A stretch of 64,000 nucleotides of DNA from contig CAVPVX010000007.1 of NCBI GenBank assembly GCA_963709345.1, positions 160,001-224,000 of the forward strand, given 5' to 3'. A program made the translations under genes and the position numbers. Position 1 is the stretch's first letter. Every line of letters begins with the position of its first letter. This stretch comes from an uncultured Actinomycetes bacterium (GTDB lineage Bacteria > Actinomycetota > Thermoleophilia > UBA2241). A model generated the notes under the pieces. That model was not told the origin of the DNA. It was given only the letters and a program-made list of their open reading frames with translations, and did no database searches. Shown one piece after another: positions 29,284-39,420 of this stretch.

Positions 29284-30360
29284 ATGTACCTCAGCGTTCA
29301 ACTAGCCGCGCGCCGTCTCGGTGTCTCACCGCACACGATCCGGCGCTGGACCACGTCGGGCTTCCTCCCCTGCATGCGCACTGCCGGTGGCCACAGGCGC
29401 ATCAAGCAGGAGGACATCGACGAGCTCACCCACCTGATCGGCGGCAAGAACCACCTTGCCGCCCGCCTCGCTCGCGAGCGCGAGCTCGAGACGCTGGTGA
29501 GCACCGCCATCGCCGTATCCAGCCAGCTCGATGTCGGCGCCCTTCTCCGCGAGATCGCCAAACAGATGACGACCCTGCTGGACGCCCACATCTGCGTCAT
29601 CTCCGACTACGACCCGGCGACGCGCACCGTCTCGGTGCAGGCCGAGTACGACAACCTCGGCAACCGGCGACCGGACACGATGACCTACACCCTGAACCAG
29701 TTCCCCATGGCGCGGCGCGCGATCGAGGATCACGAGAGCGGCACCGTCAACGTGAGCGACCCGCACGCCGACCCGGCGGAGGTCGCGATCATGCGCCGCG
29801 ACGGGGACAAGTGCCTGCTCATCCTCCCGATGGTCCACCAGAGGGACAGCATCGGGCTCATCGAAGTGCTCGACCATCAGCGCGAACGCAAGTTCAGCCG
29901 CCAGGAGATGCGGCTGGCGAACGCGGTGGCCGCACAGGCGGCCGTGGCGCTGCACAATGCGACGGTCTTCGCCCGTCTCAAGCGCAGCGACCGCGACGTG
30001 CTCGAACTGCGACACGCCATCGAGACCATCGCCGCCGGATACACGACCCTGCACCGGCAGACGGACGCCGCCGCCGTGTTGCAGGCTGCGGCGGATGTCT
30101 CGGCGCGCGCGCTCGGCGCCATCTCTTGCGTGGCGAACTGCGGCGACCTGAACGCCGGGGCGTCCGGGGTCGACCCGGGCGGCGACGGAACCTCGCAGAC
30201 GGACTCTGCACACGTGGTCGTCGCGTCGGCCCCTTGCGGACACGACCGCCTCGCCCTGACGGTCACCCTCGCCGGCACCGCGGGCGATGGACAGGCCGAG
30301 CTTCTCGAGCTGATCGCCACCATGGCCGGGGGCGCCCTGCACGACCGCGCGGCCTCCTGA
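29284..30360 (+). CDS. BldC/MerR-like HTH + GAF regulator (copy 2)
   Basis: LSVQLAARRLGVSPHTIRRW..RTAGGHRR; collinear with copy 1, both 358 aa. Confidence 0.85.
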   Translation: MYLSVQLAARRLGVSPHTIRRWTTSGFLPCMRTAGGHRRIKQEDIDELTHLIGGKNHLAARLARERELETLVSTAIAVSSQLDVGALLREIAKQMTTLLDAHICVISDYDPATRTVSVQAEYDNLGNRRPDTMTYTLNQFPMARRAIEDHESGTVNVSDPHADPAEVAIMRRDGDKCLLILPMVHQRDSIGLIEVLDHQRERKFSRQEMRLANAVAAQAAVALHNATVFARLKRSDRDVLELRHAIETIAAGYTTLHRQTDAAAVLQAAADVSARALGAISCVANCGDLNAGASGVDPGGDGTSQTDSAHVVVASAPCGHDRLALTVTLAGTAGDGQAELLELIATMAGGALHDRAAS

Positions 30361-30477
30361 GCGCGACCGCGCGTCCCCCCGGGCGCGATCGCGACGCGCG
30401 ACCGACGGCGCCGCGTCGTCATCCTCGCACGGCGCCGCCCGGGCTCCCCGCGATCGCTCCTCTGCTATCCTGACCGC

Positions 30478-33344
30478 ATGCCTCGCGCGCTTCCCCGACT
30501 GGTCGTCGTCGACACAGAGACCACAGGTCTCGACCCTGCCCGCGACCGCCTCATCGACATCGGAGCGGTCGCGCTCGGGCCGGATCTGGCGATCGCCGCC
30601 CGCTTCACCACGCTCGTCGACCCCGAGATCCCCATACCGCTCTTCGTCGCGCGGCTGACCGGTATCGAGGACGGCGACGTCGCCGGCGCGCCGGGCACCG
30701 CGGCGGCCCTGAGCAGCCTGCGCGACTTCGCCGGCGACGCAGTGCTCATCGCCCATAACGCGGCCTTCGACCGCGACCACCTTGCCGCGGCGGCGCGGCG
30801 CAGCGCCACGCCGCCGCTGGAGAACGACTGGTTCGACACGCTCGAGGCGGCCCTTCTCCTCTTTCCGGAGCTTGACCGCCACGCGCTTCCTCTGCTCGCG
30901 GCCGAGCTGGGCATCGAGCGGCGCGCCCACCGGGCGCTCCCCGACGCGGAGACCACCGCCGTCGTCTTCGCCCGTCTCGCGGGTCGCGCCGCCGGACTCG
31001 CGGCCGAGGAGCGCCGGCTTCTCTCGGCCGTCTCCTGGCCGCCGCTCCGCCTGCTCGACGCCTGCGACATCCCTCCGGATGAAGCTCCCCCCCGCTGGTC
31101 GCGCAGGATCCTCCCGCCGGACCCGGCTCTCTCGCCACACTGCCGACCGAGGCCGACGGCTGGCGTCGCGAGCTCGGCGCATCGTCCGCCGGCACCGTAA
31201 CGGACGAACCCCCCGGCCTCGCGGCGCGTCTGCCGGGCTTCCGTCGTCGCCCCGGGCAGGTGGACTTCGCCGCCGCCGCCGCGAACGTCCTCGACTCCGG
31301 CGGCATCGGCCTCTTCGAAGCGGGCACCGGCATGGGCAAGAGCCTCGCATACCTCCTCCCCGCCGCCTTCGCGGGCGCTGCCGGCGGCCGCCGCGTCGTT
31401 GTGAGCACCAAGACGAAGGCCCTCCAGAGGCAGCTCGCGGCGCACGAGCTGCCTCTGGTGGCGGAAGCCCTGCCGCCCGGCTGGCGATGGGCCCTGCTCA
31501 TGGGGAGAGAGAACTACCTGTGCCGGAGACGCCTGGACGAAGCGGTGGCCGCGGAGGCGGAGTCGCTGCCCGATCCCGACCGCTCGCTCGCGCTCGCCTA
31601 CCTCGTGGGGCGCGCCCGGCGCGGGGACGTGGACCTTTCGGCGCTGCCGTACCGCGCGACGCTCGTTCTGGGCGCCCTCTCCGAGACGGCCCGAGACCTG
31701 CGCTCGTCTCGCGCCGCCTGCCTCGGCCGCCACTGCCCCGCCCGGCGCGCCTGCCACTGGCGCCTCGCGCGCAGCCGCGCCGAGGCGGCGCACCTCCTGT
31801 GCGTCAATCACGCCCTGCTTCTGACAGGTCGCGAGTCGCTGCCCCCGTTCGAGGACGTTGTGATAGACGAAGCGCACCTGCTCTATCACGAGGCCACCGA
31901 AGCATTCAGCGACGAGGTCGACGCGCACGGCCTCGACGCCCTTCTGGCCGACGTGCGCGGCCGCCGCCGGCAGCGGCCGTTGCCCCAGCGCCTGCGCACC
32001 GCGGCGCGGCGGCTGGGGCCCGATGAAGGCCGTGCGCTCGCGACCGCCGCCGACGCCTGCGCAGCGGCGGCCACCGAGATCCCCGGCCTCAGCCGTGCGG
32101 TGGGAACCGCGCTCGCAGCGCTCGCGGCGACAACCGGACGAGAGGAGCGTCCACCGGCGCACGCCATCCGCTCACGCCAGGTGAGCGACGAGTACAACAT
32201 CTCAGTGTGGCTCACGCCGGGTCTGCGCGAACTCCCCGAGCACGAACGCTTCGCGATCACCGCCGGTCTGCTCGCGGAGGCTCTCGCCACGCTCGCGACC
32301 GCGGCGGCGAGCGCCGCCGAAGCCCTCCCGGAGGACCACCGCGAGCGCGCTGCTGTCCAAGCTCTGGCCGACGAGGCCTCGAGCGCGGCCGAGTTGCTCA
32401 CGACGCTGCCCGACGGCAGCGACCCCGAGAGCGTCGTCTGGGCGGAGATCGAGAGTCCCGGCCGCGCGCTCGAGGCCTCGCGCTGGACCCTGACGCGCAC
32501 GCCGATCACGCCCGGCGAACGCATGCGAGAAGCGCTGTGGGACCGCCTCCGGAGCGCGCTGCTCACCAGCGCCACCCTCGCCGTCGCCGGCTCGTTCGCC
32601 TACTTCCGCGACATGACCGGGCTCGGCGCCGATGTGGACGTGCACGAGGAGGTCTTTGAGTCGCCCTTCGACTTCAGCCGTCAGACGGTCCTCGTCCTCG
32701 AGCACGACCCGGCCGGCGACTGGCGACCGGACGAGCTCGCCGAACGTCAGGGCGAGCGCCTCAAGCGCATCGCCGCGGTCACCGGGGGGCGCACGCTCGC
32801 CCTGTTCACCAACAAGCGCGACATGCTCCGCGTGGCGGCCACTGTGGGCGAACACGTCGAAGACGACGGCGTCCTCGTGCTCGCGCAAGGCCTTCACGGC
32901 AGCGCCGCCAGCCTCGCCGAGGAGTTCCGCACGCACCCCGACACGATCCTGCTGGGGGTCGACACCCTCTGGACCGGCCAGGATTTCCCGGGCGACGCGC
33001 TCACCTGCCTCGTGATCGCGAAGCTGCCGTTCCCGCGACAGGACCCGTTGTTCCAGGCGCGCCGTCGCGCTTGCGAGGAGTCCGGCCAGCGCTGGTTCGA
33101 GCGCTTCTACCTGCCGGAGGCCGTCCTCAAGTTCCGCCAGGGCTTCGGGCGGCTCATCCGCACGGAATCCGACAGCGGCGTCGTGGTCGTGCTCGACCAC
33201 CGCCTGTCGACGAAGGGATACCGGCGGGACTTCCTGGACAGCCTGCCTCGGATGGAGGTCGTCGAGGCGGCCCCCGCCGAGGTCGCCGCCACGGTGCAGT
33301 TCCACCTGCGGCGTCTGTCAGAGGTGACGCCGCAGCCTACCTGA
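30478..33344 (+). CDS. dinG: DEDDh exonuclease-DinG helicase fusion, frameshifted at the C7 run 31087-31093
   Basis: VDTETTG, IAHNAAFD, HRALPDA exonuclease; GFRRRPGQ Q-motif, AGTGMGKS, Fe-S Cys, DEAH, QGFGRLIR; one extra C joins both ORFs. Confidence 0.85.
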
Positions 33345-33729
33345 GCATGCGCCCGCTGCCCTTGGCGGCCCGGGCGCCGACGCGCTTGACCAGCCGTGCC
33401 TTGGTGTTCTTGCCACAGTACGGGCACGTGAGCTGCTTGTAGCTGTAGTACGTGCCGTCGGGATTCTTGCCCACGCTGGACGCCGTGAAGAAGTTGACCG
33501 TCGTCGGAACCTGGAACGCCTTGCCGCACTTGGCGCAGACGAAGCCCGACGTGCGCGAGACGAGACCGATGTACATCCACAACCCGGCGAAGATCAGCAG
33601 CAGGGTCGGCAGAAACCCCCGCCACGGATAGATGACGAGGATGGCGAACAGGACGATGGCGACGAACAGGCCGAGCTTCCACAGGCTGTTCCACCAGTCG
33701 TGCCGATTGCGCTCGACGAAACGGGCCAC
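33337..33729 (-). CDS. Small membrane protein with C-terminal zinc ribbon
   Basis: Two TM helices, then CAKCG..CPYCG; GGGAG RBS. Confidence 0.75.
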   Translation of the reverse strand: MARFVERNRHDWWNSLWKLGLFVAIVLFAILVIYPWRGFLPTLLLIFAGLWMYIGLVSRTSGFVCAKCGKAFQVPTTVNFFTASSVGKNPDGTYYSYKQLTCPYCGKNTKARLVKRVGARAAKGSGRMLR

Positions 33730-33896
33730 TCAGGCTCCCTTCCCTTTCGGCTCCCGGCGCCCGTACCGCCCGAGGGCGATCGCTGACCCGCCCGTGGTGA
33801 CGCCCGCCGCCGCAGGCGCGCGGGCGTCACGCCACAGTATGCCACTCCCGCGCACGGGGAGAAAGCGCGAGCGCGGCCCGTGCGACGCTGCGGCGT

Positions 33897-35588
33897 TCAG
33901 CCGCCGACGCGGTCGTACGGCCACATGATGATGCCGCCGTCCATGAACTTGGCGTCGCAGCCGGCGGCGCCGGCGATGAGCGCGGCTTCGTAGCCGCGCA
34001 GGGAGATCTTGCAGAAGCAGATGATCTCCTTGTCGCGCGGCAGCTCATCCAGCCGGTCGCGCAGCTTCGCGAGCGGGATGTTGACGGCGTCGGGTATGGC
34101 GACCTGCGCCACCTCGGCCGGACTGCGGACGTCCAGCAGGAAGACCGGCTCGCCGGCGTCGAGCTTGCGCTTGACCTCGGCCGGCGGAAGGCCGACGGCG
34201 ACGCCGTCCAGCTTGTTACGCACCACGTCGGACGCAGTGATCACGTTGTCCATCGCCGGCGAGTACGGCGGAGCGTAGGCGAGATCGGTCTTGGAGAGGT
34301 CGTCCATCGTCATACCCGCGTGCAGCGCCATCGCGGCCACGTCGATCGCGCGCGCCGCGTCGCCGGGCCCCACAGCCTGCATGCCGAGCAGCCGGCGCGT
34401 CGCGCGGTCCGAGACCGTCTTCAGCATGAGCATCTTGGCGGTCGGCATGAAGTGCGGCTTGTCGGGAGCAGGAGTCAGCGCCGTCTCGATGTCGAACCCG
34501 AGATGCTCGGCTTCGCGCTGCGTGAGCCCGGTCGCGGCGACGTTGTAGTCGAACACCTGGCAGATGCTGGTGCCGAGGATGCCGGAAAAGAGGTCGTCGC
34601 CGCCCGCCGCATTGACCGCGGCGACGCGTCCCTGCTTGTTGGCCGTCGAGCCCAAGGGCACGTACGCAGGCCTGCCCGTAACCAGATGCGTCGACTGGGC
34701 GCAGTCACCGACCGCGAAGACGTCCGGGTCGGAGGTCCGCAAGTGATCGTCGACCGCGATCGCACCGGTCTCACCTATCTCGAGACCGCAGTCTCTGGCG
34801 AGCCCTACGTTCGGCCGCACGCCGACCGCCACGACGACCATGTCGGCCGGCAACGCCCCAACCGTCGTGCGGACGGTGCCGACGCGGGAGGCGTCGTTCT
34901 CGTCCGGCTCCAGGGCCGTGACCGTCGTGCCCACGAGCACCTTCACGCCGTGCGACTTCATGTGGGCGGCGACCTGCCCGGCCATCTCTTCGTCCAGCGG
35001 CGTGAGGAGCTGCGGCAGCCGCTCGACGATCGTGACGCGACACCCCGTGGATACCAGCGCCTCGGTCATCTCGACGCCGATGAGGCCTCCGCCGATGATG
35101 ACCACGTCGGGCGCCCTGTGCTCGACAAGGAGCGCGCGCATGCGCTCGGCGTCCTCGACGCCGTGCAGCGTCACCACGTTGTCGAGCTCGCGGCCGGGCA
35201 GCGGCGGCTCGACCGGCTCGGCGCCCGTAGCCAGTATCAGGCGGTCGTAGGGCACCCAGCGCTCGTCGCCGTTCTCGACCGAGCGTACCCGCACGCGGCG
35301 CGCCTCACGGTCGATCTCGGTGGCCAGCGTGCGGTTATGCACGTGGACGTTCTTGACGTTCAGGAAGAAGACCTCGTCCCGCAGCGCGCCCGCCGGCGTG
35401 GACATGAGGTCTTCTTGGTCCTCGACCACGCCGGAGACGTAGTACGGCAGACCACACCCGGCGTACGAGAGAAAGATACCCTTCTCGATGATCGTCACAT
35501 CGGCGTCCGGCGCCAGTCGTGTGAGCTTGGCCGCAGCCTTGGGTCCGGCGGCGACACCTCCGATGATGACAAATCGCGACGCGTCCAC
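33897..35588 (-). CDS. CoA-disulfide/persulfide reductase with C-terminal rhodanese (CoADR-RHD/Npsr-like)
   Basis: IIGGVAAG, SYAGCGLPY redox Cys, GGGLIG, VGDC, LAYAPPYS, rhodanese LDVR..FCKISLRG; own GGGAG RBS + GTG. Confidence 0.92.
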   Translation of the reverse strand: MDASRFVIIGGVAAGPKAAAKLTRLAPDADVTIIEKGIFLSYAGCGLPYYVSGVVEDQEDLMSTPAGALRDEVFFLNVKNVHVHNRTLATEIDREARRVRVRSVENGDERWVPYDRLILATGAEPVEPPLPGRELDNVVTLHGVEDAERMRALLVEHRAPDVVIIGGGLIGVEMTEALVSTGCRVTIVERLPQLLTPLDEEMAGQVAAHMKSHGVKVLVGTTVTALEPDENDASRVGTVRTTVGALPADMVVVAVGVRPNVGLARDCGLEIGETGAIAVDDHLRTSDPDVFAVGDCAQSTHLVTGRPAYVPLGSTANKQGRVAAVNAAGGDDLFSGILGTSICQVFDYNVAATGLTQREAEHLGFDIETALTPAPDKPHFMPTAKMLMLKTVSDRATRRLLGMQAVGPGDAARAIDVAAMALHAGMTMDDLSKTDLAYAPPYSPAMDNVITASDVVRNKLDGVAVGLPPAEVKRKLDAGEPVFLLDVRSPAEVAQVAIPDAVNIPLAKLRDRLDELPRDKEIICFCKISLRGYEAALIAGAAGCDAKFMDGGIIMWPYDRVGG

Positions 35589-35656
35589 AGGGCGGCTCCC
35601 TTCAGTCGATCGGGTTGCGGTGACACGCGGCGAATACGAGTGGCCGTGAGATGCTG

Positions 35657-36041
35657 TCAGTGGTTGCAGGCTCCTTCGAGGCCGACCACGGGCAGGGCTC
35701 CCTGGATGTACGCCGTGACCGTCGCCTGCACGTCCGGGCCCATGCCCGGCATGCACCGCGATGCCCACCTGGTTGAAGCCCATCAGCGGGCGACCGCCGA
35801 TGCCGTCGACGACGATCGCGTCGACCGTGTTGTCGGCCAGGAGAAGGACCGGCGTCATGCAGCCGCCGTCCTGGTGAGGCGCGTTGTGCACCACCTCGAC
35901 GCCGGCGACGGCGCCGTCGACGACCTCGACTACCGTGAAGCACTCGCAGCGCCCGAAGTGGCCCGAACGCCGTGCCGCGAGGCCGCCTGGGGCCTCGGAT
36001 GGGACGGCGATGCGCACCTTCGTTCCGTTGGTCTCGCTCAT
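35657..36041 (-). CDS. NifB/NifX (MTH1175/Orange-protein-like) protein, one-base insertion near 35746
   Basis: RIAVPS..SGHFGRCECF..GIG; removing one G restores AGMGPDVQATVTAYIQGALP..GACNH-stop. Confidence 0.8.
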
Positions 36042-36104
36042 GGGGATCAGACTCCGTTCATCGTCGCTTCGCCGGAAGCGTGTCGCCCCGGCGTCGGAAA
36101 CACC

Positions 36105-36662
36105 TTATCGGGCGGACCCGTGGCCACGCCCTCGTCCTTTGCCCGGCGCGCTCTCGCCGCCGCCGCCGCGCCCGCGGCCGCGGCCTCCACCCTCGCCGGC
36201 GCAGCCCCGGCCGCGGCCGCCGCCTCGGACACGGCCCATGCCGCAGCGCCCCGCGGGATCCCAGCAGGTACCGAAGTCGGCGGAACCGCAGGACGGACAA
36301 GCGGCGGAAGGTTCTTGAGCGGGATCGGCCATCCAGACCTCCCCGCAGGACGCGCAACAGAGGTGCCGCGGCTCGACTCGGTACTGGCCACCGCTGATGG
36401 CGAGCGCCTTGCCGGTCACGAGCGCCTCCGCGACCGTCGCCCTGCCTCGCTCCAGAACGCGACCGACGGTCTGGCGCGAAACGCCCATGGCCATCGCCGC
36501 CTGCTCATGACTCAGGCCTTCAAGATCGACGAGGCGGATGGCTTCGAGTTCGTCGACGGCGAGCGCCAGCTGCTCCAGATCCCGACCGGGGATGCCGGCC
36601 GGTTTGAAGAGGCTGACGCTCGGCTCGCCGCCGACGGCGCGTTCAATCGGTGGCCGGGCCAC
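36105..36662 (-). CDS. DUF134-family HTH regulator with Zn ribbon and Gly/Arg tail
   Basis: ARPP..FKPAG..DELEAIRLVDLEGLSHEQAA..MGVSRQT..GKALAISGG; CASCG..CPSCGS. Confidence 0.9.
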   Translation of the reverse strand: MARPPIERAVGGEPSVSLFKPAGIPGRDLEQLALAVDELEAIRLVDLEGLSHEQAAMAMGVSRQTVGRVLERGRATVAEALVTGKALAISGGQYRVEPRHLCCASCGEVWMADPAQEPSAACPSCGSADFGTCWDPAGRCGMGRVRGGGRGRGCAGEGGGRGRGRGGGGESAPGKGRGRGHGSAR

Positions 36663-36679
36663 GGTACTCCTCGATCGTT

Positions 36680-36722
36680 GTTAGCATATGCTCATCTTAG
36701 ACGAGGCGGCGCCGGGCTTCAA
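36680..36722 (-). promoter_or_regulatory. Sigma70-type promoter (TTGAAG-N17-TAAGAT) overlapped by palindrome GTTAGCATATGCTCAT
   Basis: AT-rich patch upstream of DUF134; second copy at 42042. Confidence 0.7.
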
Positions 36723-37165
36723 AGCGGCTGCTCCCCGCCCGGCGCACGCTCCTCACCGCTCCGCGGCGACCGGAGCGCCCGGGTCTCCGGCGAGGACGAC
36801 GTCACGTCGATCACGTCGCGCCGCACCGGCAGTTCATCCGGCGCCGGGGGGTCCAGGCGCAAGTACGCGCCGCCGAGGCGGCGCGCCGGCTCGCTCCGGC
36901 TGAACGCGAGGCGCAGAGCGGCCCGGCGAAGCAGCGGCCGCGTCACTCCCTCCGCGTCGCGGAGATCCTGCGCGACGTAGGCGCCGACGGCGACGAGCGC
37001 CCGGGTCGTGGTACGCGCGCCCAGACCTCCCCGACCGTCGCGGGCGCCCTCCGAGAGGCGCCGGCCACCCTGGCCGCGGCCGTCGCCACGACCGGGACCC
37101 GGACCATCGCACAGTCCGCCCGTGCGCCGGTGCCGGCGGCGCATCGGTCTTCCGTCAGTACCCAT
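36719..37165 (-). CDS. Hypothetical protein with Gly/Arg-rich N-terminus
   Basis: GGGGAG RBS after NifX stop; within operon. Confidence 0.55.
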   Translation of the reverse strand: MGTDGRPMRRRHRRTGGLCDGPGPGRGDGRGQGGRRLSEGARDGRGGLGARTTTRALVAVGAYVAQDLRDAEGVTRPLLRRAALRLAFSRSEPARRLGGAYLRLDPPAPDELPVRRDVIDVTSSSPETRALRSPRSGEERAPGGEQPL

Positions 37166-37181
37166 GATCCTCAGCTCCCCC

Positions 37182-37547
37182 TCAGGCCCAGTGCCCGTCC
37201 ACAGTCGGCGCCGTGACCGCCGTGAGCTCGCCACGCCCGAGAGCGTCGAGCGCAGAACGGGCGGTGACGCCGTTGCCGACCTGGTGGATGGCGATGCTGC
37301 CGGCCGCCAGCGCCTTGTGGGCGTTGGGGCCGACGTTGCCGGTGATGATCGCCGCGACGCCCTGCGCCGCTACGGTGCTGGCGGCCTGCACTCCGGCCCC
37401 GCCGCTGGCGTTCACGTTCGCGGCGTTGTCCACCGCGAGCCACTCGCCGGTCGTGGAGTCCGCGATGATGAACCAGCGGGCGCGACCGAAGCGGGGGTCC
37501 ACGAGCGCGTCGATATCGTTGCTCTGCGTGCTGATGGCTACCTTCAT
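37182..37547 (-). CDS. NifB/NifX family (Orange protein/MTH1175-like)
   Basis: MKVAIST..VDPRFGRARWF..GGAGVQAA..ITGNVGPNA. Confidence 0.92.
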   Translation of the reverse strand: MKVAISTQSNDIDALVDPRFGRARWFIIADSTTGEWLAVDNAANVNASGGAGVQAASTVAAQGVAAIITGNVGPNAHKALAAGSIAIHQVGNGVTARSALDALGRGELTAVTAPTVDGHWA

Positions 37548-38512
37548 GGTGTCTCCTTCGTGATGTCGTCTTGATGATCGGCGTTCACGGCGCTGAAGAA
37601 CCGCGTGCCCTGGTGTGACGAACCCGCAACGGTTCCCATCTCGATGAGCAGGGTCACGAGCTTCAGCGCCTCGCCGTGATGGATGCCGAGTCCGGCGGCG
37701 ATGTCCTCCATGGTGCACGGACGTCGGGAGAGCAGTTCGAGCACGTCGTCGGTGCCGGCAGTAAGATCGTCGACGGCGAGGGCTCCCCTGCTGATCACCT
37801 CGGCCGCGGGCGTGAAGAACGTCGCCAGAGAGGCCATCCGCTCCGGCGACGCCGGATGCACGGAGGACTCCGACGGCGGCCGAACGGCCGTGTTGAGCTG
37901 AATGCGGTCGGGAGCGACACGAGCGGCCGCCGCGGCCAGCCGCGAGACGCACTCGGATGTACCGGTGAGGTCGTCGAGAAGCATGACCTCGAGCCACAGT
38001 TGCCCTTCGTACTGCTCCCTGAACGCGACCAGCCCGTCCACGATCTCGTCGAAGCGCAGATCCGGATGCGGACGGTTGACCTTCTGGAACAGATCGTCGT
38101 CGGGTGCGTCCAGCGACGGCACCACGATGTCGGCCGCGGCGAGGTCACGCTGCACATCCTGTCGCCACAGGAGCGTCCCGTTGGTGATGACGACCACCGG
38201 CGTGTCGGTGAGCTCCTTGATGCCGGCGATGACCTCTCCGACGCCGTCGTAGAGCGTCGGCTCGCCCGACCCCGCGAGAGAGATCACGTCCGGCTCCCTG
38301 TCGAGCCGGTCGCGCACCCGGGCCACCACGTCGGCGGGCTCGACCCAGCGCCGCCTCTCCACCGTCTTGTCGGTGGTGGGCCCGAGCTGGCAGTACACGC
38401 AGTCCAGCGTGCACGTCTTCAGCGGGACCACGTCGATGCCGAGCGATCGGCCCAGCCGGCGTGACGGCACCGGGCCGTACACACAGTGGTCGGGGGACAG
38501 CATCGCGATCAA
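37544..38512 (-). CDS. Radical SAM protein (COG0731-like)
   Basis: YGPVPSRRLGRSLG, CTLDCVYC, GSGEPTL, ITNG, RPP. Confidence 0.92.
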   Translation of the reverse strand: MIAMLSPDHCVYGPVPSRRLGRSLGIDVVPLKTCTLDCVYCQLGPTTDKTVERRRWVEPADVVARVRDRLDREPDVISLAGSGEPTLYDGVGEVIAGIKELTDTPVVVITNGTLLWRQDVQRDLAAADIVVPSLDAPDDDLFQKVNRPHPDLRFDEIVDGLVAFREQYEGQLWLEVMLLDDLTGTSECVSRLAAAAARVAPDRIQLNTAVRPPSESSVHPASPERMASLATFFTPAAEVISRGALAVDDLTAGTDDVLELLSRRPCTMEDIAAGLGIHHGEALKLVTLLIEMGTVAGSSHQGTRFFSAVNADHQDDITKETP

Positions 38513-39420
38513 CTCCTCGCGGGTTCCGCTTCGTGGTGATGCTCCGGGTGCTCCGTCAGCTCGACGAGCGACTCCACGGCAGCCGCGAACGCGTCGGCCG
38601 TGGGCGACCCGGCGAATGCCTGGACGTGAGGCACGCCGCGCTCGCCGGCCTCGACCACGGCCGGATCCATCGGGATCCGGCCCAGGAACGGTACGCCGGC
38701 CTCCGCGGCCATGGTCTCGGCGCCGCCACGCAGGAAGATGTCGGTGGTCTCGCCGCAGTGGGGGCAGACGAAGCCGCTCATGTTCTCGATCACGCCGAGG
38801 ACCGGCAGGTCGAGCGTCGCACAGAACCCCAGCGCCTTGCGCACGTCGTTGACCGCGACGCGCTGCGGAGTGGAGACGATCACGGCGCCGGCTCCGGCGC
38901 CGAGAAGTTCGACGAGGGCCAGAGCCTCATCGCCGGTGCCGGGGGGAGCGTCCACGACGAGGCAGTCGAGGTGCCCCCAGTCCACTCCGGCCAGCATCTC
39001 TCGGATCGCCGAGTGCTTGCGCGGCCCGCGCCAGATCACGGCGTCGTCGTCCTCAGGCAGGAAGAACTGGATGGACATGGCCCAGAGGTTGTCGGCCACC
39101 GGCGCCGGGGCGATACCGCCGGCCCGGCCGGGCTTGGGCGTGTAGTGGAGATCCAGAAGACCCGGCACACTGGGCCCGTGGAGGTCGACGTCGAGCAGGC
39201 CCACGCGGCGGCCGGCGTCCGCCAGAGCAGTGGCGAGGTTCACCGCCACCGTACTCTTGCCGACGCCGCCCTTACCCGAGAGGACGAGGAATTTGTGGCG
39301 GATGAGCAGCATCCGCACCTCGAGCGCGTCCTGCCGGCGCCGGGCGTCGACGTCCATCTGGCTGCAGCCGTGCCCGTCACCGCCGGCCGGCCGGCCGGCG
39401 CGATCCTGCGTCTCACCCAT
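38509..39420 (-). CDS. Mrp/NBP35 Fe-S carrier ATPase
   Basis: SGKGGVGKS, DVDLHGPS, IWRGP, DAPPGTGD, ENMSGFVCPHC. Confidence 0.95.
   Translation of the reverse strand: MGETQDRAGRPAGGDGHGCSQMDVDARRRQDALEVRMLLIRHKFLVLSGKGGVGKSTVAVNLATALADAGRRVGLLDVDLHGPSVPGLLDLHYTPKPGRAGGIAPAPVADNLWAMSIQFFLPEDDDAVIWRGPRKHSAIREMLAGVDWGHLDCLVVDAPPGTGDEALALVELLGAGAGAVIVSTPQRVAVNDVRKALGFCATLDLPVLGVIENMSGFVCPHCGETTDIFLRGGAETMAAEAGVPFLGRIPMDPAVVEAGERGVPHVQAFAGSPTADAFAAAVESLVELTEHPEHHHEAEPARS

Noticed and set aside
33897-36041. Apparent novel 714-aa NifX-CoADR-rhodanese fusion in the ORF track
   Set aside because: Caused by one extra base near 35746. The corrected NifX ends with a normal C-terminus and TGA at 35657, and CoADR has its own RBS and GTG at 35588.
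35657-38512. NifB/NifX and radical SAM genes as nitrogen fixation
   Set aside because: No nifHDK/nifEN; the radical SAM is COG0731-like, and these domains occur widely in non-diazotrophs
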